Origin: Octopus sinensis
Taxonomy: Eukaryota
Direction: 5' to 3'
DNA length: 64,000 nucleotides
NCBI RefSeq assembly: GCF_006345805.1
Contig: NC_043026.1
Span: 3,782,001 to 3,846,000 of the forward strand
Under the pieces are notes generated by a model that did not search any database, was not told the origin of the DNA, and saw only the letters and a list, made by a program, of their open reading frames with translations. Made by a program: the position numbers and the translations under genes. This document shows positions 1-12,490 of this stretch, piece by piece (position 1 is the stretch's first letter; the number at the start of each line of letters is the position of its first letter).

Positions 1-715
1 AAAACCTGGGACGAGGTGGTGAAGCACGACCTTCGAACTTTAGGTCTCACTGAGGAAATGACTAGAGACCGAGACCTCTGGAAGTGTGCTGTGCGCGAGA
101 AGACCCGGCAGGACAAGTGAGTCCACAACCCGTGGCCTTCTACATGGGATGGAGCCAGCCTACGTATGCATACCTTCCCTTCTTGGGACACAAAACTCTA
201 CTTGTGAAGACGTGTTGAGGCAAGTGAGGATCAGAATCGAAATCGATCAATGGAAATTGCGGATGTGCTACAGTGCCGGTGGCATGTCGAAACTCTGCTT
301 GTGAAGACCCATTGAGGCAAGTGAGGATCAGAATCGAAATCGATCAATGGAAATGCAGATGTGTTACCAGTGCCGGTGGCATGTAAGAGAACTTTCCGTT
401 TCGCGACCGTTGCCAGCACCGCCCCGTTTCGTGTCGTTGCCAGCCTCGCCTGGCCCTCGTGCCGGTGGCACATAAAAAGCACCATCCGTTCGTGGCCGTT
501 TGCCAGCTCTGTCTGGCACCAGTGCGGGTGGCACGTAAAAAGCACCCACTACACTCACGGAGTGGTTGGCGTTAGGAAGGGCATCCAGCCGTAGAAAACA
601 CTGCCAGATTGACTGGGCCTGATGAAGCCTTCTGGCTTCACAGACCCCAGTAGAACCGTCCAACCCATGCTAGCATGGAAAACGGACGCTAAATGATGAT
701 GATGATGATGATGAT
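1..715 (+). mobile_element. 3' end of an RTE-clade LINE (ORF C-terminus, 3' UTR and (GAT)n tail)
   Basis: Positions 1-120 translate KTWDEVVKHDLRTLGLTEEMTRDRDLWKCAVREKTRQDK*, an RTE-type C-terminus. It is followed by the ...CCAACCCATGCTAGCATGGAAAACGGACG...(GAT)n tail that recurs many times in the window. Confidence 0.8.
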
Positions 716-1091
716 ATATATATAATTGAAAAATAGGATAAAATCTTTGTAAGAATTTATCAAGTAGTTAGCATGAGAAACCTCATAAGGGTTTCTCATG
801 TTAACGCTGAGAGGACGAAAGATCATGGGCCCGGTTTCCTGGTTTCTGTGGCGTATGTGTTCCCCCCAGCTGGACGGGATGCCAGTCCATCGCAGCATTA
901 CTCAAGAAGCAAGAACAAAGAGTGAGAGAAAGTTGGGGGTGAAAGAGTACAACAGGGGTCGCCACCATCCCCTGCCGGAGCCACGTGGAGCTGTAGGTGT
1001 TTTCGCTCAATAAACACACACAACGCCCGGTCTGGGAATCGAAACCGCAATCCTCCGACTGTGAGTCCGCTGCCCTAACCACCGGGCCATT

Positions 1092-1572
1092 TTGCCTCCA
1101 CGTCTTGGGTTAAATATAATTAGGGAAATGATGAGAGGGAGATTTGACTATTGGCCATGTAGCTCTTTTGCTGACTAACATGGTCCCTTGCCTCCATGTC
1201 TTGGGTTAAATATAATTAGGGATTTGATGAGAGGGAGATTTGACTATTGGCCACGTAGCTCTTTTGCTGACTAACGTGGTCCCTTGCCTCCATGTCTTGG
1301 GTTAAATATAATTAGGGATTTGATGAGAGGGAGATTTGACTATTGGCCACGTAGCTCTTTTGCTGACTAACGTGGTCCCTTGCCTCCATGTCTTGGGTTA
1401 AATATAATTAGGGATTTGATGAGAGGGAGATTTGACTATTGGCCACGTAGCTCTTTTGCTGACTAACGTGGTCCCTTGCCTCCATGTCTTGGGTTAAATA
1501 TAATTAGGGATTTGATGAGAGGGAGATTTGACTATTGGCCACGTAGCTCTTTTGCTGACTAATGTGGTCCCT
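1092..1572. repeat. Tandem repeat, 96-bp unit x5
   Basis: TGCCTCCA recurs at 1093, 1189, 1285, 1381 and 1477. Confidence 0.95.
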
Positions 1573-1663
1573 AGTACACTATCAAAAATGATGATGATGA
1601 TGATGACTCAGGTAAATTTTGTTTTTTTTTAATTAATAAAAACACGTGTGCTTTCTTTTGCAG

Positions 1664-1789
1664 GTGGAAAACTTGCTGATCAGTTCTAAAGGTTGTATAA
1701 AGCTTTGTGATTTTGGTAGCGCTACTATCAAGAGCCACAATCCTGACATTTCTTGGTCTGCAATTCAGAGAAGTCTGGTGGAAGATGAG
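1664..1789 (+). CDS. GAK: GAK exon, kinase domain with DFG (VENLLISSKGCIKLCDFGSATIKSHNPDISWSAIQRSLVEDE)
   Basis: ttttgcag|GTG acceptor, GAG|gtgtgt donor, 126 nt, phase 0-0; closely resembles GAK VENLLLSNQGTIKLCDFGSAT. Confidence 0.96.
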
Positions 1790-1974
1790 GTGTGTATCAA
1801 TCTGTTTGCTTATTTCAAGCTTGTTAGGGTAACGAACTGAATGCTTTGTGGTGGTTAGGTGTTTAGTTACATCCCTTTTATATGAGTTCGAATCTTGTCC
1901 TGGTTTGATTTTTTTGCCCCACTGCCCACTTTTTAGAAATAATTTCTGGGGTCATTAATGTAAGTACTAACACC

Positions 1975-2660
1975 ACACAAACACAAATTTGTATACACAC
2001 ACATACACACACAAAACACACCATACATAAGCAACAACATACACAAACACCATGCACACATATATACACAAATGCACACCACATACACAAACACACTAAG
2101 TTCACCCCCACACGCATACAGACACATACACACATACATGCACCACACACACATACATGCACCACACACACATACATGCACCACACACACATACATACAC
2201 AACACACACATACACACCCACGCACCATGCGCATATACACACACACTATGCATGCACACACTACATGCACATACACACCATGTATGCACGCACACACCAT
2301 ACATGCACACACACCATGCGTGCACACACACACTATGCACACACACACCATGCATGCACGCACACACACACACGTGCATAACACACCATGCACACACACA
2401 TACATGCACAACACACACACACACGTGCATCACACACCATGCACACACACATACATGCACAACACACACACACACACGTGCATCACACACCATGCACAAC
2501 ACACACACACACACCATGCACACACACATACATGCACAACACACACACACACACCATGTACACACATACACAACACACCCACCCATGCACAACACACACA
2601 CACACCCACCCATGCACAACATACATACACACACACACACACACCATACCCATGCATGTC
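1975..2660. repeat. Degenerate (CA)n/CACAT-rich microsatellite field
   Basis: Visible directly; source of the spurious His/Thr and Cys/Val ORFs. Confidence 0.9.
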
Positions 2661-2937
2661 TAATTCACTCCCACTCACACTGTCTCTCTCTCAAACTTGA
2701 TCCCACTAAAAAAAGTGGAGGGAATGCAAAGGAAGAACAAGTATGTTGATGATGATGAGGAGGAGGAGGAGGAAGAGTAAGTGTAGCTGAACGGTTGAGA
2801 AATTTGCTTCACACTCGTTAAGGCCCAAGGCTTGATCCTACAGTGCCAACCAGGCTAAACCCCATCCTCATTGTTTTCAATTAATTATGGATTATTTCGT
2901 AGCTTCAAGGGTTTTGATAAATGTGATTGTATATTTT

Positions 2938-3397
2938 TACTAGCAGCATAGACCGGCGTTGCCTGGGTATGTAAGAGCCCCTAGTAGGCAACGACTAATC
3001 CCAATCTAGTCCTTTCCCTCTAGGGAACGAAGGTGCATGTGTAGGTTGCAATGTCTTCTCTTCACTCGAATACTTCTGTGTATACAATGTTCCTAGCTGT
3101 CCCTTTGGGCGAAAACATGAAAACATCATTGTGCCTCCCAACGCGTAAACAGCCCATGTACAGCCCAGAAAATGTGTTGCATATAAAAAGCTTAGATTCT
3201 CGACCCCATGTCGAATTTATCGAGTTTTTCAGAACTGGGGGAACTTTTCAAAATTTTCGCTGCGTTAGTTTTGAATTATGACATTGGGCTATGTGTGTGT
3301 TAAGTTTCATCAGAATCGGTTGAAAGCCATGGTCAGGGTGAGGGTACAGCCTAACAGACACACAAACAGACAAACTGCCGTTTATATAGAAAGAGAT
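2938..3397 (+). mobile_element. Non-autonomous Helitron/HINE-like element
   Basis: Starts ACTAGCAG..ACCGGCGTTGCCTGGG and ends CAGAC-microsatellite + AACTGCCGTTTATATAGAAAGAGAT; related copies at 26197-26570, 27252-27663 and 31731-32037 (all minus). Confidence 0.6.
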
Positions 3398-4980
3398 ACT
3401 GACATTGTAGACTGTGTGTGAGAGGCCAGATCTAACTAGTTTGAACATAAAACCAACAAAATGCAGATACGGCCAATTTAAATGCTAATGAGTTAAAAAT
3501 AAAATATCGATGAAAATAAATTAACCCTTCGCTATTCAGATTACTATCGAGTAGAATATTTAGACCAAGTTTAAAGATTAAAGTGTTAATCCTGTAGCGT
3601 TCAGATTATCGTATCAAATGTCATTGCTTATTTATTTAAATTGTTTTGAATTAATCATGTGTTGTCTCGTAGCTTCACGATTTCTGTGATGTGGTTGTTG
3701 ATTTTGTTGGAACGGCATTGGAGGGAAGGTGTGAAAGGCTGGACCTGGATGATAAAAGAAGCAGAATATTCAGACCAGCTTTAAATGTTAAAGTATGCCA
3801 GAACTGCTTGACTGGCTAAAAGGCACCATTCGAGCGTGGTTGTTGCCAGTGGCACGTAAAAAGCACCCATTACATTTTTGGAGTGGTTGGCATTAGGAAG
3901 GGCATCAAGCTGTAGAAACCTCGCCAGAACAGATTGGAGCCTGGTGCAGCCTCCTGACTTGTCAGTCCTCAGTTAAACCGTCCAACCTATGCCAGCATGG
4001 AAAGCGGATGTTTAAAGATAATGATAACCCTACAGCATTCATATTATTGTATCGAATATCATGCTTATTTATCTAAATTGTTTTCAATTAATCATGTGTT
4101 ATCTCGTAGCTTCATGATTTCTATGATGTGGTTGTTGATTTTGTTGGAATGACATTGGAGGTAAGGTGTGAAAGGCTGGACCTGGAGGATTTGGACATAA
4201 AACAAGCAGAATATTTAGACCAGGTTTAAATGTTAAAGGATGCCAGAGCTGCCCGACTTATTTCTTTACTGCCCATTAGGGGCTATGCACAGAGGGAACA
4301 AACAAGGACAGACAAACGGATTAAGTCGATTATATCGACCCCAGTGCATAACTGATGCTTATTTAATCAGCCCCAAAAGGATGAAAGATAAAGTCAACCT
4401 CGGCAGAATTTGAACTCAGAACATAGCGGCAGACGAAATACCGTCAAGAATTTCACCCGGTGTGCTAACTGCCTGACTGGCTTAAAGGCACCATTCGAGT
4501 GTGGTTGTTGCCAGTGCTGCCCGACTGGTGCCCGTACCATGTAAAAAGCCCCCATTACATTCTGGGGGTGGTTGGCGTTAAGAAGGGCATCTGGCTGTAG
4601 AAACCTCACCAGAACAGATTGGAGCCTGGCGCAGCCTCCTGACTTGCCAGTTCTCTGTCAAGCCATCCAACCCATGCCAGCATGGAAAGCGGATGTTTAA
4701 AGATGATGATAACCCTTCAGCATTCAGGTTACTCTGTCAAATGTGATGCTTATTTATTCTCATTGTTTTCAATTAATTATGCATTATCTCGTAGCTTTAA
4801 GATTTTGATTTGATTGCTTATTTTTACAGTAACATAAATAAGCATTACATTTGACAGGGTAATCTGAATGCTAAAGGAATAATCCTTGTCACCACCACCA
4901 CGACCACCATCATCACCTCCCCTTGCTTCACCTTCTCTATTTGCAGTGATAATTAACCACCCCCTCTTTCATATTTTCAG

Positions 4981-5070
4981 ATCGCTAAAAATACCACCCC
5001 TATGTACCGTGCCCCTGAAATGCTAGATCTTTACCAGAACTTCCCAATCAATGAGGCTGGTGACATATGG
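4981..5070 (+). CDS. GAK: GAK exon, kinase activation segment/APE (IAKNTTPMYRAPEMLDLYQNFPINEAGDIW)
   Basis: attttcag|ATC, TGG|gtaagt, 90 nt; TTPMYRxPE motif typical of NAK kinases. Confidence 0.96.
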
Positions 5071-5536
5071 GTAAGTACTCGTATTGTGTTATCTAGTTTC
5101 ACTTTCACTATCAACTCAATGTTCACAAACATACTACACAACTTAGACATTTTATGCATATTCTATATCCTGTACATACATCACATTCTATGGCACGTAA
5201 AATACACCAATCCGACCGTGGCCATTGCCAGCCTTGCCTGGCACCTGTGCAGGTGGCACGTAAAAAGCACCCACTACACTCACGGAGTGGTTGGCGTTAG
5301 GAAGGGCATCCAGCTGTAGAAACATTGCCAGATAAGACTGGAGCCCGGTGCAGCCTTCTGGCTTCCCAGATCCCCGGTCAAACCGTCCAACCCATGCTAG
5401 CATGGAGAACGGACGTTAAACGATGATGATGATGATGAAAGGGAAAGTTTACGAAAATAAACAAAAGACGAAGGCAGGTGGAGTACAAACAAACAAATGT
5501 ATTACTGTAGCGCTCAGGAATAGAAATAGAACAAGT

Positions 5537-5572
5537 CTTTTACATTTCGAGCCTATGCTCTTCAACAGAAAG
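5537..5572 (-). ncRNA. Degenerate minimal hammerhead-like motif (Penelope-type repeat)
   Basis: Minus strand CTTT-CTGTTGA-A-GAGC-atag-GCTC-GAAA-T-GTA-AAAG; two core deviations. Confidence 0.45.
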
Positions 5573-5712
5573 ATACACAGAAAAAACAAGGAGAGAAACA
5601 TATATATATAGTTAATCCAAACATGAAAACACAAAGAGAAAACACAACAATGCTAGGACGTGGAACAAGTTCAGTGTTATTGGACGCTCAGGAAAGGAAA
5701 GAAAGAAGGAGG

Positions 5713-5747
5713 ATTTAACATTTCGAGCGGAGCTCTTCGTCAGAAAC
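5713..5747 (-). ncRNA. Near-intact minimal hammerhead-like motif
   Basis: Minus strand GTTT-CTGACGA-A-GAGC-tcc-GCTC-GAAA-T-GTT-AAAT; C-to-T change at 15.2. Confidence 0.55.
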
Positions 5748-6386
5748 ATAGGAGCGAGGTAAATGCAGTAAAAATAGGTGGGTGGGTTAGTTGGGCCCCA
5801 TGATACTCGCTGGGAGTTCATGGTATGAAATTCATTGTCATTGCTCCAATTTGGTCGCCAATACCATATACTTAGTTTAAAATGCAGTAAAAATAGTGAG
5901 GTCAGTGGGGCCCCATTTAAGTGGCCCTTCAGAAATTGAAGTTCCCTACAATACTCCCTGGGAGTTCATGGTATGAATTTCATTGTCATTGCTCCAATTG
6001 GGTTGCCAATGCCATGTATTTAGTTTAAAATACAGTAAAAATAGGGTTATCAGTAGGGCACCAATTAGGCGGCCCTTGAAAAAATAGACCCCCCTCTTAG
6101 GACATTCCCTGACGTTAGGGAAATTGCTGGTTTGAGTTACGTTGTCCTTGCACCACCAATCTAGGAGGAGTTAACGAACATAAAAACGTAACAGACAGAG
6201 AAACCTCACTCAAATTTAGAACAGGATTAAACGCATTCCTGGAAACTGGTACGTAAATACTAAACACATTGTTCCAGTCCACTCAGCTGGCAGAAATGGT
6301 TTATCCTGCGACAGATTGGCGTCCCATCGAGGGGAAAAAATATATCCGCCATGGAAACTTGGAAACTGGCCCTATGAGCCTATATG

Positions 6387-6703
6387 AGTTAGGGTTAGAC
6401 TGCACATTTTAAGTGTAAATGAACAGCTCACTAAGTGTAAATGGCCAGGTAGACCACATGTTAAAGTATAAATGGTTAGATAGACCACATACCAAAGTGG
6501 CACCTGTGTACCCTTAATGCATTCCTCAAGAAGAATCAGGATGTTACATGGTACAACAAGGTTGCACCTTTGAATTACATGTACAGTCCGTCTGACAGGC
6601 GTCGACACAGCTTTTGTTTACTCACCTCTATTCGCAGGGCATGGGTTAACTTGAAGCTATGGTAAAGATACTTGCTCAAGATGCCACATAGTAGTGGCAT
6701 TGA
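6387..6703. repeat. Dispersed ~315-bp repeat (second copy ~16597-16915)
   Basis: The two copies are nearly identical from GAGTTAGGGTTAGACTGCAC to CACATAGTAGTG. Confidence 0.8.
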
Positions 6704-7217
6704 GATTTCATAGCTTTGAGATTTCAATGATGTGATTGTATACTTTTAGAATGGCATTGTAGTGTAGGTGTGAGAAGCCAGATATGGCCAGTTTGAACAT
6801 AAAGAACATAAAAGATTGTGTTCTTCAGCAAAATACTTCACTTCATGTTGTTCCAGTCCAGATTTTCTACGGCTGGCTGCCCATTTTGTCATCGAACCTC
6901 ATCCGTTTCCAAACAAGGTAATATTTAGACACACATGACCAGACATGTTTTTATGGAAGATTGGAAATAATGGACACTGCTTGCAAGGAGACAGTAACAA
7001 ACATACAAGCACTCACACACACACACACACACACACACTTGTAGAACAATTTGGCCAGACATGGGTGGTTTAAATACTGAAGGGTTAAATGTTGATGATG
7101 ATGATGACTGCTTCTGTCACTAATAATGTGTGTGTGTGTTCCAACTATGTTTTTACGGGACCCATCGCTGTACATGTTCGACGTACCCCATTTATTATTC
7201 TTCGTTTATGTTTCCAG

Positions 7218-7353
7218 GCCCTCGGATGTCTCCTGTACCAGTTATGTTTTGCAGAACATCCATTTGAAGACTCAGCCAAGCTCAGAATACTCAACGCTAA
7301 TTACTCAATTCCTGAAACGGACACCAAGTTTACCGTCTTTCATGACTTGATAC
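7218..7353 (+). CDS. GAK: GAK exon, kinase C-lobe (ALGCLLYQLCFAEHPFEDSAKLRILNANYSIPETDTKFTVFHDLI)
   Basis: tttccag|GCC, C|gtaagt, 136 nt, phase 0-1. Confidence 0.96.
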
Positions 7354-7371
7354 GTAAGTAGTAGAAGGATT

Positions 7372-7862
7372 GTGGTGGTGGTGGTGGTAATAGTGATGAT
7401 GGTGGAGGTGGTGGTGGTGGTGGTGGTAGTGATGGTAGTGGTGCTGGTAGCAGTAGTGATGATGGTGGTGGTGGTGGTAGTAGTAGTGATGGTGGTGGTA
7501 GTAGTGGTGGTGGTGGTAGCAGTAGTGATGGTGGGTAGTAGTTATGGTGATGGTGGTGGTGGTAGTAGTGATGATGGTGCTGGTAGTGGTGGTGGTGGTG
7601 GCAGTAGTGATGATGGTGGTATTAGTAGTGATAGTGGTGGTGGTGGTGGTCGTAGTGATGATGGTGGTATTAGTAGTGATAGTGGTGGTGGTCGTAGTGA
7701 TGATGGTGGTATTAGTAGTGATAGTGGTGGTGGTGGTGGTCGTAGTGATGATGGTGGTATTAGTAGTGATAGTGGTGGTGGTGGTGGTCGTAGTGATGAT
7801 GGTGGTATTAATAGTGGTGGTGGTGGTGGTGGTAGTAGTAGTGATGATGGTGGTGGTGGTGT
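7372..7862. repeat. Compound trinucleotide repeat (GGT/AGT/GAT)
   Basis: Visible directly; begins just after the donor at 7354. Confidence 0.92.
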
Positions 7863-8288
7863 CAAGGCACATGGCTTTGGTGATTAGTGAGTTCAATTCC
7901 TGGCACCGTATTGTGTCCTTGAGCAAGACCCTTTACTTCATTTTACTCCACCCCACTCAGCTGGCAGAAATTAAATGTACCTGTAATTCAAAGGGCCAGC
8001 TTTGTCACCTTCTGTGCATCACACTGGGTTTCCCTCAGAACTACATTAAGGACACGAGTGTCTGTGGAGTACTCAGCCACTTGTACATTAATTTTGCGAG
8101 CAGACCGTTCCATCGATCAGGTCAACTAGAACACTCATTGTCACAACCGATGGAATACTAGCTTTGTTTTGGTGTAGTAGAGAAGATGGTATTGGTGCTG
8201 GTAGTAGCAGTTCTTGTAGTAGTTGTCGTAGATGTTGTCATCGTCCTGTATCGTATGCTTAGTGGTTCAGTGAAGTTATAGACTAAGT

Positions 8289-9425
8289 GGAAGCACTCCG
8301 TCGGTTACGACAATGAGGGTTCCGGTTGATCCGATCAACGGAACAGCCTGCTCGTGAAATTAACGTGTAAGTGGCTGAGCACTCCACAGACACGTGCACC
8401 CTTAACGTAGTTCTCGGGGAGATTCAGCATGACACAGAGAGTGACAAGGCCGGCCCCTTGAAATACAGGTACAACAGAAACAGGAAGTAAGAGTGAGAGA
8501 GAAAGTTGTGGTGAAAGGGTACAGCAGGGATCACCACCATCCCCTGCCGGAGCCTCGGATGGAAGCACTCAGTCGGTTACGACGATGAGGGTTCCGGTTG
8601 ATCCGATCAATGGAACAGCCTGCTCATGAAATTAATGTGTAAGTGGCTGAGCACTCCACAGACACGTGCACCCTTAACGTAGTTCTCGGGGAGATTCAGC
8701 GTGACACAGAGAGTGACAAGGCCGGCCCCTTGAAATACAGGTACAACAGAAACAGGAAGTAAGAGTGAGAGAGAAAGTTGTGGTGAAAGGGTACAGCAGG
8801 GATCACCACCATCCCCTGCCGGAGCCTCGTGGAGCTTTTAGGTGTTTTCGCTCAAAAACACTCACAACGCCCGGTCTGGGAATCGAAACCGCGATCCTAC
8901 GACCACGAGTCCGCTGCCCTAACCACTGGGCCATTGCGCCTCCACATATATATATATATATATAGGCTGGCCCCTTGAAATACAGGTACAACAGAAACAG
9001 GAAGTAAGAGTGAGAGAAAATTGTGGTGAAAGGGTACAGCAGGGATCACCACCATCCCCTGCCGGAGCCTCGTGGAGCTTTAGGTGTTTTCAGTCAAAAA
9101 CACTCACAACGCCCGGTCTGGGAATCGAAACCGCGATCCTACAACCACGAGTCCGCTGCCCTAACCACTGGGCCATTGCGCCTCCACATATATATATATA
9201 TATATAGGCTGGCCCCTTGAAATACAGGTACAACAGAAACAGGAAGTAAGAGTGAGAGAAAATTGTGGTGAAAGGGTACAGCAGGGATCACCACCATCCC
9301 CTGCCGGAGCCTCGTGGAGCTTTAGGTGTTTTCGGTCAAAAACACTCACAACGCCCGGTCTGGGAATCGAAACCGCGATCCTACAACACGAGTCCGCTGC
9401 CCTAACCACTGCACCATTGCACCTC
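8289..9425 (-). mobile_element. Cluster of tandem/partial tRNA-derived SINE copies
   Basis: Minus-strand head GGAGGCGCAATGGCCCAGTGGTTAGGGCAGCGG...GGTTTCGATTCCC with A/B boxes; same family at 29298-29950, 42575-42958 and 57661-58047. Confidence 0.8.
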
Positions 9426-9564
9426 CTCAATAGACTAAGTATTAGGCTTAAAAAATAAGTCCTGAGGTTTTATTCAGCTAAAAAAATACTTCAAGGCTGT
9501 GCTCCAGTATGGCCGCAGTCAAACGCCTGAAACAGGTAAAGGAATAAAAGAAGAATAGAATATA

Positions 9565-12120
9565 TTGGGTTGTCTGGAAAGTTTGTGCCGATTTATAGTA
9601 GCTTACCTTTCAACTTATTTTAGAACATGGTTGAGTCCATAAAATAGGATTTGACTACACCTCCATTTAGAGCACAGTTTAAGCTAGCTCTGCTTTTCTC
9701 TCAAGATACTGGGTTGTCTGGAAAGTTTGTGCCGATTTATAGTAGCTTACCTTTCAACTTATTTTAGAACATGGTTGAGTCCATAAAATAGGATTTGACT
9801 ACACCTCCATTTAGAGCACAGTTTAAGCTAGCTCTGCTTTTCTCTCAAGATATGGGTTGTCTGGAAAGTTGTGCCGATTTATAGTAGCTTACCTTTCAAC
9901 TTATTTTAGAACATGGTTGAGTCCATAAAATAGGATTTGACTACACCTCCATTTAGAGCCCAGTTTAAGCTAGCTCTGCTTTTCTCTCAAGATACTGGGT
10001 TGTCTGGAAAGTTTGTGCCGATTTATAGTAGCTACCTTTCAACTTATTTTAGAACATGGTTGAGTCCATAAAATAGGATTGACTACACCTCCATTTAGAG
10101 CACAGTTTAAGCTAGCTCTGCTTTTCTCTCAAGATACTGGGTTGTCTGGAAAGTTTGTGCCGATTTATAGTAGCTTACCTTTCAACTTATTTTAGAACAT
10201 GGTTGAGTCCATAAAATAGGATTTGACTACACCTCCATTTAGAGCACAGTTTAAGCTAGCTCTGCTTTTCTCTCAAGATATTGGGTTGTCGGAAAGTTTG
10301 TGCCGATTTATAGTAGCTTACCTTTCAACTTATTTTAGAACATGGTTGAGTCCATAAAATGGATTTGACTCCACCTCCATTTAGAGCACAGTTTAAGCTA
10401 GCTCTGCTTTTCTCTCAAGATATTGGGTTGTCTGGAAAGTTTGTGCCGATTTATAGTAGCTTACCTTTCGACTTATTTTAGAACAAGATTGAGTCCATAA
10501 AATAGGATTTGACTACACCTCCATTTGGAGTCCAGTTTAAGCTAGCTCTGCTTTTCTCTCAAGATTTGGGTTGTCTGGAAAGTTTGTGCCGATTTATAGT
10601 AGCTTACCTTTCGACTTATTTTAGAACAAGATTGAGTCCATAAAATAGGATTGACTACACCTCCATTAGAGCACAGTTTAAGCTAGCTCTGCTTTTCTCT
10701 CAAGATATGGGTTGTCTGGAAGTTTGTGCCGATTTATAGTAGCTACCTTTCAACTTATTTTAGAACATGGTTGAGTCCATAAAATAGGATTTGACTACAC
10801 CTCCATTTAGAGCACAGTTTAAGCTAGCTCTGCTTTTCTCTCAAGATACTGGGTTGTCTGGAAAGTTTGTGCCGATTTATAGTAGCTTACCTTTCAACTT
10901 ATTTTAGAACATGGTTGAGTCCATAAAATAGGATTTGACTACACCTCCATTTAGAGCCCAGTTTAAGCTAGCTCTGCTTTTCTCTCAAGATACTGGGTTG
11001 TCTGGAAAGTTTGTGCCGATTTATAGTAGCTTACCTTTCAACTTATTTTAGAACATGGTTGAGTCCATAAAATAGGATTTGACTACACCTCCATTTAGAG
11101 CACAGTTTAAGCTAGCTCTGCTTTTCTCTCAAGATACTGGGTTGTCTGGAAAGTTTGTGCCGATTTATAGTAGCTTACCTTTCAACTTATTTTAGAACAT
11201 GGTTGAGTCCATAAAATAGGATTTGACTACACCTCCATTTAGAGCACAGTTTAAGCTAGCTCTGCTTTTCTCTCAAGATATTGGGTTGTCCGGAAAGTTT
11301 GTGCCGATTTATAGTAGCTTACCTTTCAACTTATTTTAGAACATGGTTGAGTCCATAAAATTGGATTTGACTCCACCTCCATTTAGAGCACAGTTTAAGC
11401 TAGCTCTGCTTTTCTCTCAAGATATTGGGTTGTCTGGAAAGTTTGTGCCGATTTATAGTAGCTTACCTTTCGACTTATTTTAGAACAAGATTGAGTCCAT
11501 AAAATAGGATTTGACTACACCTCCATTTGGAGTCCAGTTTAAGCTAGCTCTGCTTTTCTCTCAAGATATTGGGTTGTCTGGAAAGTTTGTGCCGATTTAT
11601 AGTAGCTTACCTTTCGACTTATTTTAGAACAAGATTGAGTCCATAAAATAGGATTTGACTACACCTCCATTTAGAGCACAGTTTAGCTAGCTCTGCTTTT
11701 CTCTCAAGATATTGGGTGTCTGGAAAGTTTGTGCCGATTTATAGTAGCTTACCTTTCGACTTATTTTAGAACAAGATTGAGTCCATAAAATAGGATTTGA
11801 CTACACCTCCATTTAGAGCACAGTTTAAGCTAGCTCTGCTTTTCTCTCAAGATATTGGGTTGTCTGGAAAGTTTGTGCCGATTTATAGTAGCTTACCTTT
11901 CGACTTATTTTAGAACAAGATTGAGTCCATAAAATAGGATTTGACTACACCTCCATTTAGAGCACAGTTTAAGCTAGCTCTGCTTTTCTCTCAAGATATT
12001 GGGTTGTCTGGAAAGTTTGTGCCGATTTATAGTAGCTTACCTTTCGACTTATTTTAGAACATGGTTGAGTCCATAAAATAGGATTTGACTACACCTCCAT
12101 TTAGAGCACAGTTTAAGCTA
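9565..12120. repeat. Satellite-like array, 142-144-bp unit x18, each unit starting with the mariner TIR
   Basis: Unit starts (GGG) at 9567, 9711, 9854, 9997, 10139, 10283, 10425, 10568, 10709, 10851, 10995, 11139, 11283, 11427, 11571, 11714, 11857 and 12001. Confidence 0.95.
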
Positions 12121-12180
12121 TCTTTTTGTGGAAGAAGATTTATGTTCCTATAACCTGTGTTAATTCTGTAACCCTTTAAA

Positions 12181-12490
12181 ATGGAAGATAAGAAAGTTCA
12201 TTTTCGGCACATGATGCTTTGGGAACCAGACAAAAATTGCTGCAGCTTGGCTGGGATGTGTTACCCCCCCTCCATATTCACCAGATATTGCTCCTTTGGA
12301 TTTCCACTTATTCAGGTCTCTGCAGAATAGTCTTAATGGTAAAAATTTCAATTCCTTGGATGATGTAAAAAGATACCTTGATGAATTCTTTGCCATGAAA
12401 TCACCTCAATTCTGGGCAGAGGGTATTTTCAAGTTAAAGGAAAGATGGAGACGCATTGTGCAACAAAATGGTTCATATTTGGTTGATTAA
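12181..12490 (+). pseudogene. Mariner transposase remnant (N-terminus fused to C-terminus)
   Basis: MEDKKVHFRHMMLW is joined to TRQKLLQLGWDVL(fs)PPYSPDIAPLDFHLFRSLQNSLNG...NGSYLVD*. The YSPDxAP motif and HFRH start resemble mellifera-subfamily mariners. Confidence 0.9.

Noticed and set aside
612-650. CTGATGA followed by a hairpin (possible hammerhead)
   Set aside because: No GAAA or cleavage triplet; it is a variant of the LINE-UTR motif CCTGGTGCAGCCTTCTGGCTTC.
1878-2749. Long His/Thr- and Cys/Val-rich ORFs (180-235 aa)
   Set aside because: Translations of a CA/TG microsatellite field inside an intron.
7330-8161. Poly-Val/Gly/Thr/Pro ORFs
   Set aside because: Trinucleotide repeat artefacts.
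9565-12120. CRISPR-like appearance of regular arrays (also 24083-24262 and 61390-64000)
   Set aside because: Units are identical end to end with no unique spacers, there are no cas genes, and the context is a eukaryotic intron.
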